Both the position numbers and the translations under genes were made by a program. The notes below the pieces were generated by a model that did no database searches, was not told where the DNA came from, and was given only the letters and a program-made list of their open reading frames with translations. This document shows, piece after piece, positions 10,465 to 20,369 of a stretch of DNA of 64,000 nucleotides (its first letter is position 1; every line of letters begins with the position of its first letter). The stretch is from Candidatus Baldrarchaeota archaeon (lineage in GTDB: Archaea; Asgardarchaeota; Baldrarchaeia; Baldrarchaeales; DXJG01): assembly GCA_019056805.1 (NCBI GenBank), contig DXJG01000007.1:1992-65991 (forward strand). Reading direction: 5' to 3'.

Positions 10465-10746
10465 ACACGTATTTTCGCTTAATTTTAGCCATGCGAAGGG
10501 TAGATCGTGAAGAACTATCCTTTGTATTTTAGCTAAACTTTATTTTATAATTTGGTGGAGATGACACATTTTTAATTTAAATGCAACCATATTTTGTCTT
10601 TGTGATTAAAAATGGGTAATTTGGTATTCTTAACATATTTGGTAAGACGAAAGAAATTGAAGATTCTGTAACTTTTACATTGTGATATTTAAGAAAGTCG
10701 CAATTTTATCAAAAAATTTAAGTATTATCGCATTAAAATTTTTATG

Positions 10747-10775
10747 CATCTCCAGATATTTAGTTCTTGGAGATG
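10747..10775. promoter_or_regulatory. Imperfect inverted repeat (CATCTCCA / TGGAGATG, ~13-nt spacer) ending about 6 nt before the GTG start of the 10782 gene
   Basis: Read directly from the sequence; possible operator or translation-modulating hairpin. Confidence 0.25.
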
Positions 10776-10781
10776 TGAGAC

Positions 10782-13700
10782 GTGTTTCACCCTGATTTTA
10801 ACAAGAAGGCTTCTCCAACAACTAAATTAATATCTATGCTTCTGCTTTTAGCTCTTCTCTTAACCTACTGCTACTATCCAGCGACATTGTTTACGAATAC
10901 AAACTATCCGCAAACTACCTCCCTACTAATTTATAGAGACAATGAAACCACTGATAGCTTGACAAAGGTATCTTACGATGACGAAAATTTACAAGAATGG
11001 TTAAGTTCACTTAGAAGCTTAGAGGTTCCAGCAGGATCTCCAATGGATATTTATCCCGTTAGGGAGAGCATAGCTGTTGATTTATGGCCGGGAATCTATT
11101 TTCCGGAGGATGTTGAAATTTATAAGCCTCTTATAGAGGATCTTCATGCTCAAGGAATAAAATATATGATTTATAGGAATTTTTACATGGTTACTGATGT
11201 AAACTACACTTACCTATGTGAGTATTATCCTGGTTTCAATGCATCGAATGCTGGTTTTATAGATTTAGATGGAAACCCGTATATAGTAGATTATGATCCC
11301 TACGGTACACCAATATTTAGAGCTTCAACAAATAGACCTTATTGGCAAAGTTTTCTCATAAATTCAACGAAATTAGCTATCGATGCTGGTGTAGATGCTG
11401 TTGTTTTTGATGTTGGATTTGGACATTATCCTCCAAATGAGTTAAATTTTGATCCAGATAGCATTAAAGATTTTAGAGAATACCTAGCAGAAAAATATAC
11501 TTCAGAAGAATTGGCTTCAAAATTTAATATTTCTGACATTTCTACATTCGATTTTGGGCAGTATCTTAGAGATCTAGGATATAATGCTAGTAGTTTAAGG
11601 GAAGCTTTAACGCAAGGAACATCATTGGGATACTATGCTGATTTGTTATGGTCGGAGTGGTGTGAATTTCATCTTAAAGTTTTGGTGGAGTTTTATAAGA
11701 GACTTTATACCGAGGTAAAAGAATATGCTCAAAGTAAAGGACGAGATTTCTATGTTTTCTCCAATATTTATCATGGTCTTGATCCCCAGTACAATATACT
11801 CTATTTGATTAATTATGTGGATGGTATCTATGCAGAAATTTTCTTTGATGATTTACAGTATCCAAATAGAACTCCAGCAACAGTTTATAAGGTAGCTTAT
11901 AGTTTAGGGAAACATTATATCCCTATGACTTCTCCATCCAACGATTCGGAACTATATCCATTATATATTGCAGAGCTTTTTGCATGTGGCAGCTGGACGG
12001 GTGGAGCAGGAAACTATACTCCATATTTCCTTTTTGTTAACTCGCATCCTGAACTATTCAGTAAGGAACAGGACGGTGAAATAGGACTTGTTTACTCTTT
12101 AGCTTCAAGTGAAAACTATAGTTCATTTGAGGGTGCCTTTTACCTTCTCTCTGATACCCAGCGTAGTTTTGATGTTATTGTTTTTGGAGATAATAAGTGG
12201 TTTAATGAAAGCTTGACATTAAATGACTTGTTAAAGTATAGAGCAATTTTACTACCTAATACTGGTTATCTTACAGATGAACAAGTTGAATTGCTTCTGA
12301 ACTATGCTGAACAAGGTGGTATTCTAATAGGCATTGGAAGTGTTGGAACACGAAATGAAACCGGGGAAATTGTCAACTCAGAGACTCGAACAACGTTTAT
12401 CAGCCTTTTTAATGGTAGCATAGTTTCTTATGGAAGTGGAACAGTTATTTCATGGACCAGTGATATAGCTTTACAGTACTTATTGCAGAGAAATACAACA
12501 CTTTTAGAAGAATTTGAAAATAGATTAAGTGAAGTGTTTTCTCCCGAAATCATAACAAGCTTTACCCACAATACCACTATATTTCAATACTGGGATCCTG
12601 AATCTAATGCTATGATCTTTCATTTCTTAAATCGTGAATATGACTCCAAAAACGATGTAATAACACCTCAACACGATGTGAGCTTTAAGTTTACTTTAAG
12701 ACCTGAATTGGACGGTCTTCCTCTTGAAATAAGATTTTATTCACCGAATGACTATTTCGAAGGAATAGAGTTGACTTACAGCTCAGATCCTAATGGATAT
12801 GTGGAAGTAACAATTCCGAAAGTACATATATGGGGTATTTTGCGTGTGGAAGCTAAGAAAAAAGCAGTACAAGAAGATTTAGTAATTAACAGTCCAACCG
12901 TGCTTAAGGATCAAGTTATAGTTTTGAACGGTAACCTATTAGTTAACTCAAAGTTGACATTGGAGAATGTTATTTTAAAGATGAATAGTTCCCTTGACAG
13001 GGTGTTTCGAATAGAAGTTTATGAAGGAGGAGAACTTGTTATCAAAGACTCTGTCATTACTGCGTATGATCCAAAGTATCACTATTATGTTAAGGTGAAT
13101 AAGGGCAGTCGGTTCTATATGGAGAATAGTGAGTTAAGCCATGCTGGTGTTTGGGGACCTATGTATGCTGGAGGGCTGTGGATAAACACGGATGATGTCA
13201 TAATCTTAAACTGTACAATACATAGTAATTATGACTATGGAATACATGTATATAATGCTTCATACGTCGAGATAATAAACTGTAAAATTTACGGCAACAA
13301 TATAGGAATATACTTGCTCAATTCATCTTTCGTAACCATCTCTAAATGTAACATTTACGATAATTCAATTGGTATCTACGAAAAGGGAAGCTACTATTCT
13401 ACAATCAAACACAGTCATATCTCAAATAATTTATACTGGGGAATAACAATTTGGGACTCTCTATTCCCATTAATATCTGATAGTACCATTCATGATAGTG
13501 TCCATGATGGAATTATCATTTGGTACTCGTTTTTCGCAAAAATTTACAACTGCAAAGCTTACAGTAATGAAAATGGTTTTAACATACGATACACGCCTTT
13601 AGTGACAGTTTCAAGTAGCGAAGTGTATAACAATGAGGAGGCAGGCTTGTTTTTCTTCCATGTTGAGCTTCTGTATGGTCATCCGTTGGCAATTCTTGAT

Positions 13701-15104
13701 TCTCTTGGCACTATAGTTGCTAACAGTTTTTACAATAACACATATGGCATATACATGTTGGAAAGTGAAAAAACTAAGATTGAAGCTTGCAATATACTTG
13801 ATAACACGTGGGGAATATATGTTGAAGGAACTACTCAATGCACTTTCATTTTCCGTTCAAACTTCATTGATAACACCGATCACATTTATGTTGATGAAAA
13901 GGCTCAAGGAAAAATTCAATTTGACAACATAACAATTGGAAACTACTGGGATGACCACAGTGGAGAAGATGCTGATGGTGATGGTATTATTGATACACCT
14001 TATACTATTAACTCGGTAGATAAAGACTATAAGCCGCTAGCTAATCCAGTTACTATCGTAAAAATAGAAGATATATATGGGCCTATGATCACGGACATTC
14101 AAGTCGTGAAAGAAGAGGGAAATGAAAATTACAATTTAACAATATCTGTTAATGTCACTGATGATTCTTGGTTAAGTTGGGTTTTAATGAACGGAACAAT
14201 ACATAATTTGCCGGGTGGAGAAAACTATCCTTTGATGCGTATAATGGTATATTTCTACGATCCCTTTGCTACTATCTTAGGCTATGATAGGTCAAACTTC
14301 AATCTTCTTCCATCAGAAGGATATCCTCTCAAAACATGTACAGCTTCAACTCAGTTCACTTTTCCTCTTAGCTATAAGCCTCATTTCAAGATTTTTGCTG
14401 TGGATACCTATGGGAACTGGGCTGAAAATGACTCTACAACTCCTCATATAACTGGTATATTTTGGGATCCAAGTAGTCCTGAATATGATGAAGAGGTAAC
14501 TGTGTTTGTTCATGTATTTGATCAAAGCAGGATATCTGAATGTTTACTAAGTTACTTTAATGGAACAGAGTGGAATAACGTTTCAATGATATATAATGAG
14601 GAAACAAATGCAATGGTTGGAAGCATTCCAAAACAACCATATGGAGTTACAGTAGAATTCAAGGTAATTGTTAAAGATACTATGAACAATATAGCTGTAA
14701 GTGCAACTTATTCTTACACTGTTAAAGATACTACTCCGCCAATATTGAGAATAATTCAGCCAAGTGGCGGAGAAACAATTTCTAATGATGTTAATGTTAC
14801 TTGGGAGTCCTATGATGAAGGTTCGGGGTTAAAAGAATTCAAAATTTATTTAAATGGAACATTAAAAGCTACTTTGCCCCCTACAACATCCTGTTATCTT
14901 CTATCTAACTTAACACCAGGTTCTTACAATGTTACAGTTGAAGCTGTGGATAATGCTGGCAACCGTGCAACTGCATCAATAGTTTTCAAGTATGTCTCTG
15001 AAGAAGGTGGATTACCTAACTCTCTCATACTCATGGGAGGAACAATAGCCGGTGTTGTAATTATAGTTACAGTGTTTTTAATGAGAAAGAAACTAAAAGA
15101 TTGA
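10782..15104 (+). CDS. Large surface-anchored protein (1440 aa) with parallel beta-helix (PbH1/NosD-like) repeats and Ig-like domains
   Basis: N-terminal hydrophobic segment; central run of repeats of the type IINCKIYGNNIGIYLLNSSFVTISKCNIYDNSIGIY typical of right-handed beta-helix proteins; Ig-like region near the C-terminus; C-terminal TM anchor LILMGGTIAGVVIIVTVFLMRKKLKD. N-terminal ~600 aa may be a glycoside-hydrolase-like domain (weak). Confidence 0.85.
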   Translation: MFHPDFNKKASPTTKLISMLLLLALLLTYCYYPATLFTNTNYPQTTSLLIYRDNETTDSLTKVSYDDENLQEWLSSLRSLEVPAGSPMDIYPVRESIAVDLWPGIYFPEDVEIYKPLIEDLHAQGIKYMIYRNFYMVTDVNYTYLCEYYPGFNASNAGFIDLDGNPYIVDYDPYGTPIFRASTNRPYWQSFLINSTKLAIDAGVDAVVFDVGFGHYPPNELNFDPDSIKDFREYLAEKYTSEELASKFNISDISTFDFGQYLRDLGYNASSLREALTQGTSLGYYADLLWSEWCEFHLKVLVEFYKRLYTEVKEYAQSKGRDFYVFSNIYHGLDPQYNILYLINYVDGIYAEIFFDDLQYPNRTPATVYKVAYSLGKHYIPMTSPSNDSELYPLYIAELFACGSWTGGAGNYTPYFLFVNSHPELFSKEQDGEIGLVYSLASSENYSSFEGAFYLLSDTQRSFDVIVFGDNKWFNESLTLNDLLKYRAILLPNTGYLTDEQVELLLNYAEQGGILIGIGSVGTRNETGEIVNSETRTTFISLFNGSIVSYGSGTVISWTSDIALQYLLQRNTTLLEEFENRLSEVFSPEIITSFTHNTTIFQYWDPESNAMIFHFLNREYDSKNDVITPQHDVSFKFTLRPELDGLPLEIRFYSPNDYFEGIELTYSSDPNGYVEVTIPKVHIWGILRVEAKKKAVQEDLVINSPTVLKDQVIVLNGNLLVNSKLTLENVILKMNSSLDRVFRIEVYEGGELVIKDSVITAYDPKYHYYVKVNKGSRFYMENSELSHAGVWGPMYAGGLWINTDDVIILNCTIHSNYDYGIHVYNASYVEIINCKIYGNNIGIYLLNSSFVTISKCNIYDNSIGIYEKGSYYSTIKHSHISNNLYWGITIWDSLFPLISDSTIHDSVHDGIIIWYSFFAKIYNCKAYSNENGFNIRYTPLVTVSSSEVYNNEEAGLFFFHVELLYGHPLAILDSLGTIVANSFYNNTYGIYMLESEKTKIEACNILDNTWGIYVEGTTQCTFIFRSNFIDNTDHIYVDEKAQGKIQFDNITIGNYWDDHSGEDADGDGIIDTPYTINSVDKDYKPLANPVTIVKIEDIYGPMITDIQVVKEEGNENYNLTISVNVTDDSWLSWVLMNGTIHNLPGGENYPLMRIMVYFYDPFATILGYDRSNFNLLPSEGYPLKTCTASTQFTFPLSYKPHFKIFAVDTYGNWAENDSTTPHITGIFWDPSSPEYDEEVTVFVHVFDQSRISECLLSYFNGTEWNNVSMIYNEETNAMVGSIPKQPYGVTVEFKVIVKDTMNNIAVSATYSYTVKDTTPPILRIIQPSGGETISNDVNVTWESYDEGSGLKEFKIYLNGTLKATLPPTTSCYLLSNLTPGSYNVTVEAVDNAGNRATASIVFKYVSEEGGLPNSLILMGGTIAGVVIIVTVFLMRKKLKD

Positions 15105-15333
15105 TCGTCATGCGAAATAAAAGAAACATTTGTGTGAACTGTGTTAGATGTAAGTATTTAGAATTTGTAACGATTTTAGGTAATGGATTAAACGCCTTTA
15201 TAATCATAAATAAGATAAAACTCAGATGAAGCTACTTATAGGGGACAGGAATTGGAGATGTTTAAATATCGTTGCACTACAGTAAGTATGCTGTCACAGA
15301 GCTTAATTTGAAGAAGTTTATTGGTGGTGTAGA

Positions 15334-16560
15334 TTGCAGTTTGGAGCTTTCTTTGGTATTTGGCTGATTTTCTTAATATTTATATTTATGCTAGCTGCTG
15401 AAGAAAGTCAAAGGAGAAAAGAAACTTTTCAGAAAATATATTCATGGTTAAAACAGAAATCTAAAAAGATATATTATGAAAAAGGCGGCTTTTTGAAAAG
15501 ACCTAGAATTATTGCAGAATTGAAACCAGAAATGGAATTGGAACGAGTTGAAGTTACAACATTTACTGTTCACCACGGGTATTATACAGGTACACATTAC
15601 GCTTCACATGCAAGAACTTATCTTAGAATCTTGGGTACGAGTGAGGAAGGTACTTTTGTAAACATCACTATAAGAGATGAAGGTCTTTTTGATAAACTTG
15701 CTATAGGGCTAGGACTTACAAAAGATATAGATTCAGGAGACCCCATATTTGATCAAACACATAGAATTAAAAGTGGAACACCTGAAATCGCCCTTAAACT
15801 CCTAAAGGATAAACAATTTAGAGATTATGTATCAATGATTCGTGATTTAAGGAAGTTTGAAATTAGAGGAGGAAAACATTTACATTTTATAGTTGAGTGT
15901 AATTATGACGTTTCATCTGCTGTGAATGCTATTTTAGCTATGGAAAGAACTGCAGAAGTTTTAGCGCCAGAGATTGAAAGAAAACCAGTAAAGGTTGAAA
16001 AAGCAAGACCCGTAACCCCGAAAGTAGAGCCTCGCAGAGCCGTAAGTTCCGAGGTAACGTTGAAATTGAAGAAAGAGTTTGAAAAATTGTCAATTTCTGT
16101 TTCTAAATTAGAATTTAAACCTTCAGAAGAAAACTTCACTAGGGTGATCATTACACCTTTACTAGGCGAATTCGATTACGTGCAATATGAAATCACTGAA
16201 AAATTGAAGGTAAGAGCTTTGGATAATCTTGAGAAACCTGCAAGTAAAACAATTACGATTCAGATATACCCCAAAGATATGAAAACAACCTCAACTCAAA
16301 AACCTACCTCTATTGAGGAAATCAAGACATTATTTGATATTAGGTGTGAGGATCAAGAAGTTTTAAGAAGAATTTCCGAAGCATACATACTTTTTGAAGT
16401 ATTAAGCGAGATTAAAGAATTGTCTAACTTCAATGTAAAACTGCAAGGCCAAACAATGGAAATATACTTAGAATGTGGCTTAAATCCAGAGAATATTAGG
16501 AGAGCTTATGAAGTAATCAGAGAAGCTGCATGGTGGACAAAATTCTATATACTAATTTAA
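15334..16560 (+). CDS. Uncharacterised membrane-anchored protein, paralog family member 1
   Basis: N-terminal TM helix; about 50-60 percent identical by eye to the 16723..17955 product, with shared blocks RVIITPLLGEFDYVQYEI and EEIKTLFDIRCEDQEVLRRISEAYILF. Confidence 0.75.
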   Translation: MQFGAFFGIWLIFLIFIFMLAAEESQRRKETFQKIYSWLKQKSKKIYYEKGGFLKRPRIIAELKPEMELERVEVTTFTVHHGYYTGTHYASHARTYLRILGTSEEGTFVNITIRDEGLFDKLAIGLGLTKDIDSGDPIFDQTHRIKSGTPEIALKLLKDKQFRDYVSMIRDLRKFEIRGGKHLHFIVECNYDVSSAVNAILAMERTAEVLAPEIERKPVKVEKARPVTPKVEPRRAVSSEVTLKLKKEFEKLSISVSKLEFKPSEENFTRVIITPLLGEFDYVQYEITEKLKVRALDNLEKPASKTITIQIYPKDMKTTSTQKPTSIEEIKTLFDIRCEDQEVLRRISEAYILFEVLSEIKELSNFNVKLQGQTMEIYLECGLNPENIRRAYEVIREAAWWTKFYILI

Positions 16561-16722
16561 ATCTGAACACTTTGTCTTTATTATTAATCTGTTTTAATTC
16601 TCCGGCTTTAATTTCTTTTTAGAAATACATAGAAGCATGAAAATGAAAATACTTAAATAAATGTACTTGATTTTAACTTATGAGTAATTATAGAAAGCTA
16701 TCTTGAGGGGGAATAATATAGG

Positions 16723-17955
16723 TTGTACTCTTTATGGTTTATATGCTTGTGGTTTGCATGTTCAACGTTGGTAATTATATTAGCTATTTGGTTTGAAAAA
16801 ATAAGAAAAGCAAGAATAACAGAAATCTTTCAGGAAATTTTCTTTTGGTTAAAAGAGAAATCTGAAAGAATACGTTATGAAAATCATAAAAACCCTAGAA
16901 TTACAGCTGAGTTAAAACCAGAATGGCAATTAGATCAGGTTGAAGTTACAACGTTTATTGATAAATATGAACACTATTACGACTACTATATGTTACGTGC
17001 ATCTGAAAGATTTAATCTTAGGATTTTAGGTGTAGGTGAGGGGAAACATTTTGTAAGTCTTGCTATAAAAGATAAAGTCCCTTTTGATAGAAGTGTTTTA
17101 GGATCAGGGTTTGCAGAATATGTAAAATCTGGAGATCCAGTATTTGATCATTGGCATATCATTAGGAGTAAAACACCTCAAGCCGCTCTCAAACTTTTAA
17201 AAGACGATAAATTTAGAAGCTACATCAGTAATATACACAAATTAAGAATTTTCAAAATTGAGGGAGATGGAACTCTAAGTTTTACTGTTGAATGTAACTA
17301 TGATCCAATATCTGCTAAAAATGCCATTTTGGCTATGAAAAGAGTATTAGAAGTTCTATCACCAAAAACTAAGGAAAAAACTGCCGTTAGTGAAAGGGTT
17401 AAACCCGCTGTTTTAAAAGCTGAACCTCAGAAAATTATAGATCCCGAATTACTTTTAAACTTAAGAAAAGAATTTGAAAAATTATCGACCCATGTTTCTA
17501 AGTTAGAGTTTAAACCCTTGGAGGAAAATTTCTCTAGAGTGATCATTACTCCTTTACTAGGCGAATTCGATTACGTGCAATATGAAATTGCTGAAAAATT
17601 GAAAGTAGAAGCAATAGACGACCTTAAGAAAACTGTAGAAAAACCCATTACAATTGAAATACGTCCTAAAGAAGTAACGTTATCATTAGGTCAAAAAATA
17701 GCTTTTATTGAGGAAATCAAGACATTATTTGATATTAGGTGTGAGGATCAAGAAGTTTTAAGAAGAATTTCCGAAGCATACATACTTTTTGATTCTTTGA
17801 GCAAAATCAAAGAATTGTCTATCTTCAGCATAAAGTTGCAAGATTCAACGTTGAAAATATGTTTAGAATGTAGTGTCGATCCTGAAAACATCAGAAAAGC
17901 TTATGAAGCAGTTAAAGAAGCTGTCAATCTGGTTAAATTCCACCTATTAATCTAG
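16723..17955 (+). CDS. Uncharacterised membrane-anchored protein, paralog family member 2
   Basis: Same architecture and conserved blocks as 15334..16560; tandem arrangement. Confidence 0.75.
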   Translation: MYSLWFICLWFACSTLVIILAIWFEKIRKARITEIFQEIFFWLKEKSERIRYENHKNPRITAELKPEWQLDQVEVTTFIDKYEHYYDYYMLRASERFNLRILGVGEGKHFVSLAIKDKVPFDRSVLGSGFAEYVKSGDPVFDHWHIIRSKTPQAALKLLKDDKFRSYISNIHKLRIFKIEGDGTLSFTVECNYDPISAKNAILAMKRVLEVLSPKTKEKTAVSERVKPAVLKAEPQKIIDPELLLNLRKEFEKLSTHVSKLEFKPLEENFSRVIITPLLGEFDYVQYEIAEKLKVEAIDDLKKTVEKPITIEIRPKEVTLSLGQKIAFIEEIKTLFDIRCEDQEVLRRISEAYILFDSLSKIKELSIFSIKLQDSTLKICLECSVDPENIRKAYEAVKEAVNLVKFHLLI

Positions 17956-18214
17956 GACTCGAAATATCTCATAACCATATACATCTAGTTATTTTCCGAC
18001 ATATATTGCGGTTGGAAGAAAAAATTTGCTTAAATGGATATATGTTGCTCTTCGAATTTTAGGTAGATACTGGTTTTGAATTCGTGTATTTTGAGGTTTC
18101 AAATGTGGAAGAAATGATACATCAATCGTCATTATTATCCTTTGTAAAAATAAAAACTACGACAAATATTTAAATAAGGTAAATTGAATAAATAGTTAAG
18201 AAGGTGGGGATTAG

Positions 18215-18875
18215 ATGCAGTTTGGTTCCTATTTTTTGCTTTGGTTAATTGTTATAACTCTACCGATAATTTTGGCACCTATTTTCCTAATATTTCTAGA
18301 GAAAAAGAAGATAAAAGAAACTTTACAGCAAACTTACTCTTGGTTAAAAGAAAAATCTCCAAAAAATATACATTGATAAGGTTCATACAAAGAATCCCAA
18401 GATCATAGCCGAGATAAAACCAGAATGGCAATTAGATCAGGTTGAAGTTACAACGTTTCCTATAGGTGCTTTTACATCTCCCAGGCGCGGTCTGTTTTTC
18501 TTCTTTCCAAGAAACTACTTTAGTATCTCAGGTATAAAGGAAATAGAATCGCCTATAAAATTTGTAGTAACGGGAAGAGATCCTTTGTCTGTAACCATTG
18601 CCAGATCGGAGTTTAAACATGATTTTGAGACAGGAGATCCCGTATTTGACCGAAGATACATGGTTAAGGGTGAAGACTCTGAAGCGATTCCCAAGATTCT
18701 AAGTGATTCTAAGTTTAGAAGCTACATATTGGGAATATACGATCTGATAAAGTTTGAAGTCAGAGGAAATAAACATGTAAGTTTCATAGCTGAGTGCAAC
18801 CCTGATATTAAATCTGTAGAAAACAGCATTTTAGCAATGAAAAGAATAATAGAAATTTTATCAGAAACCATCTAA
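18215..18875 (+). pseudogene. Decayed third copy of the tandem paralog family (frameshifted N-terminus, truncated C-terminus)
   Basis: A short ORF from ~18215 (MQFGSYFLLWLIV...SWLKEKSPKNIH-stop) matches the paralog N-termini, then similarity continues in another frame (KNPKIIAEIKPEWQLDQVEVTTF ... GDPVFD ... FRSYI ... ECN ... ILAMKR) and stops at 18875, lacking the ~230-aa C-terminal half. A 43-bp stretch is identical to copy 2. Confidence 0.6.
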
Positions 18876-19071
18876 ATCTTACGATAATGTATCTACAATA
18901 TCAGAACTTGTGGATATTATTTTCACATTTATTATAATGTTGGATTAGGGTTTAGTAAGGCATATATAGTTAAGTGTTTCATCGTTCTTTTACCATGAAT
19001 TAATTTTGAATTTAAATTATGATTTAGTTTGTAGGGAAGATGATGGGCTACGTTATTAGGAGGAGAAAGTT

Positions 19072-19392
19072 GTGAACAGTACTCAGCATGGAAATAGGCA
19101 GAGCTCTATAAGGATTCAAGTGAAGTTCTTGGCGTCGTTAAAACATATTTTGGGAGTTAAAAATGTTGATTTGGAAATTTCTCAGCCAATGAAGTTGATA
19201 GAAGTTTTAAATTTACTTGTAGAAAAATATGGAGAAAAATTCAGGGAAGCTGTGTTTGATGAAGAAGGAAAAGTTAGAAATGAGCTTCTTATCTTGGTGA
19301 ATGATGCGGAAATCTCTGTGCTTAACGGATTAGATACTAAAATATCTGATGGAGATACAATAACTCTACTACCTACAGTGCATGGAGGATAA
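19072..19392 (+). CDS. MoaD/ThiS-family ubiquitin-like small protein (SAMP-like) with C-terminal Gly-Gly
   Basis: 106 aa ending in ...TITLLPTVHGG; size and diglycine terminus are typical of the beta-grasp sulfur-carrier/modifier family. GTG start preceded by GGAGG. Confidence 0.75.
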   Translation: MNSTQHGNRQSSIRIQVKFLASLKHILGVKNVDLEISQPMKLIEVLNLLVEKYGEKFREAVFDEEGKVRNELLILVNDAEISVLNGLDTKISDGDTITLLPTVHGG

Positions 19393-19456
19393 ACCTAGTT
19401 TCACATCTTCATAGGTCTTTACTTAACATTAACATGATTTTGTGGAGGAATAAATT

Positions 19457-20332
19457 ATGAGATTTTCTGGTATGTTAAGAATAGGGGTTGTGCAATTTGA
19501 GATCAGAGAAATAAATAGTTTTGATGATTTTAAGCAACATGTCACTAAACTTGTTGAATCAGCCGCAGAACAAAAAGTAAATTTACTGGTTTTTCCAGAA
19601 CTTTTTACCCTTGAACTTTTAAGCATAAAAAATATTTTTGAATCAAATGAAGTAGCAAAATCTTTAGCTGAGTATTACGAAGATTATTTTAACCTATTTT
19701 CGGAACTAACTGTAAAATATGGTTTTCTTATACTTGCTGGTTCAACTGCCACGGAAAGAAGTGGAAAATATTTCAACACAGCTCACCTATTTTTACCGAG
19801 TCGAGAAGTGATAAAATATGATAAAATTCATTTACATCATATTGATAAAACTTTAGGGTTTTCACCGGGGTTAAAACCTGTTATAGCAGATGTAATATTT
19901 GGCAAAGTTGGTTTAATGATTTGTTACGATGTTGGTTTCCCAGAACTTGCACGAATACTCGCACTCAAAGGTTCCTATATTCTTTTAGTGCCAAGTGCGG
20001 CACCTGGTAAATCTGCGTGGAACTGGTTAAGGTATTGTTGCCATGCTAGGGCAATAGAAAACCAAGCAATTGTAGTACACTCATGTCTTATAGGTAAATT
20101 TGGGGAATTAATGTTTAAAGGAAAATCTGCAGTAATTTCTTCAACAGACTATGAGAAAAGTGGAATTATAGTTGAAAGCGAGTATGATAAAGAAACTTTA
20201 ACAATTGGAAATATTGATTTAAAGCGGTTTTGGAAAATTAGGGAAAAAACAAGAGCACCTGTACTCAAAGATTTAATACCAAGCATTTACAAACAGTTAT
20301 GTGAAATAAATTGGAAAATGCAAACAGAGTAA
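19457..20332 (+). CDS. Carbon-nitrogen hydrolase (nitrilase superfamily)
   Basis: Catalytic-triad context: LLVFPELF (Glu), a conserved Lys region, and LMICYDVGFPE (Cys). Confidence 0.8.
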   Translation: MRFSGMLRIGVVQFEIREINSFDDFKQHVTKLVESAAEQKVNLLVFPELFTLELLSIKNIFESNEVAKSLAEYYEDYFNLFSELTVKYGFLILAGSTATERSGKYFNTAHLFLPSREVIKYDKIHLHHIDKTLGFSPGLKPVIADVIFGKVGLMICYDVGFPELARILALKGSYILLVPSAAPGKSAWNWLRYCCHARAIENQAIVVHSCLIGKFGELMFKGKSAVISSTDYEKSGIIVESEYDKETLTIGNIDLKRFWKIREKTRAPVLKDLIPSIYKQLCEINWKMQTE

Positions 20333-20369
20333 ATTTCTCAAAAACAATAGTGGATGCATCATTATTGTT

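Noticed and set aside
13611-13932. ORFs 13611..13838 (-) and 13717..13932 (+)
   Set aside because: Embedded in the beta-helix repeat region of the 10782..15104 gene; no independent support.
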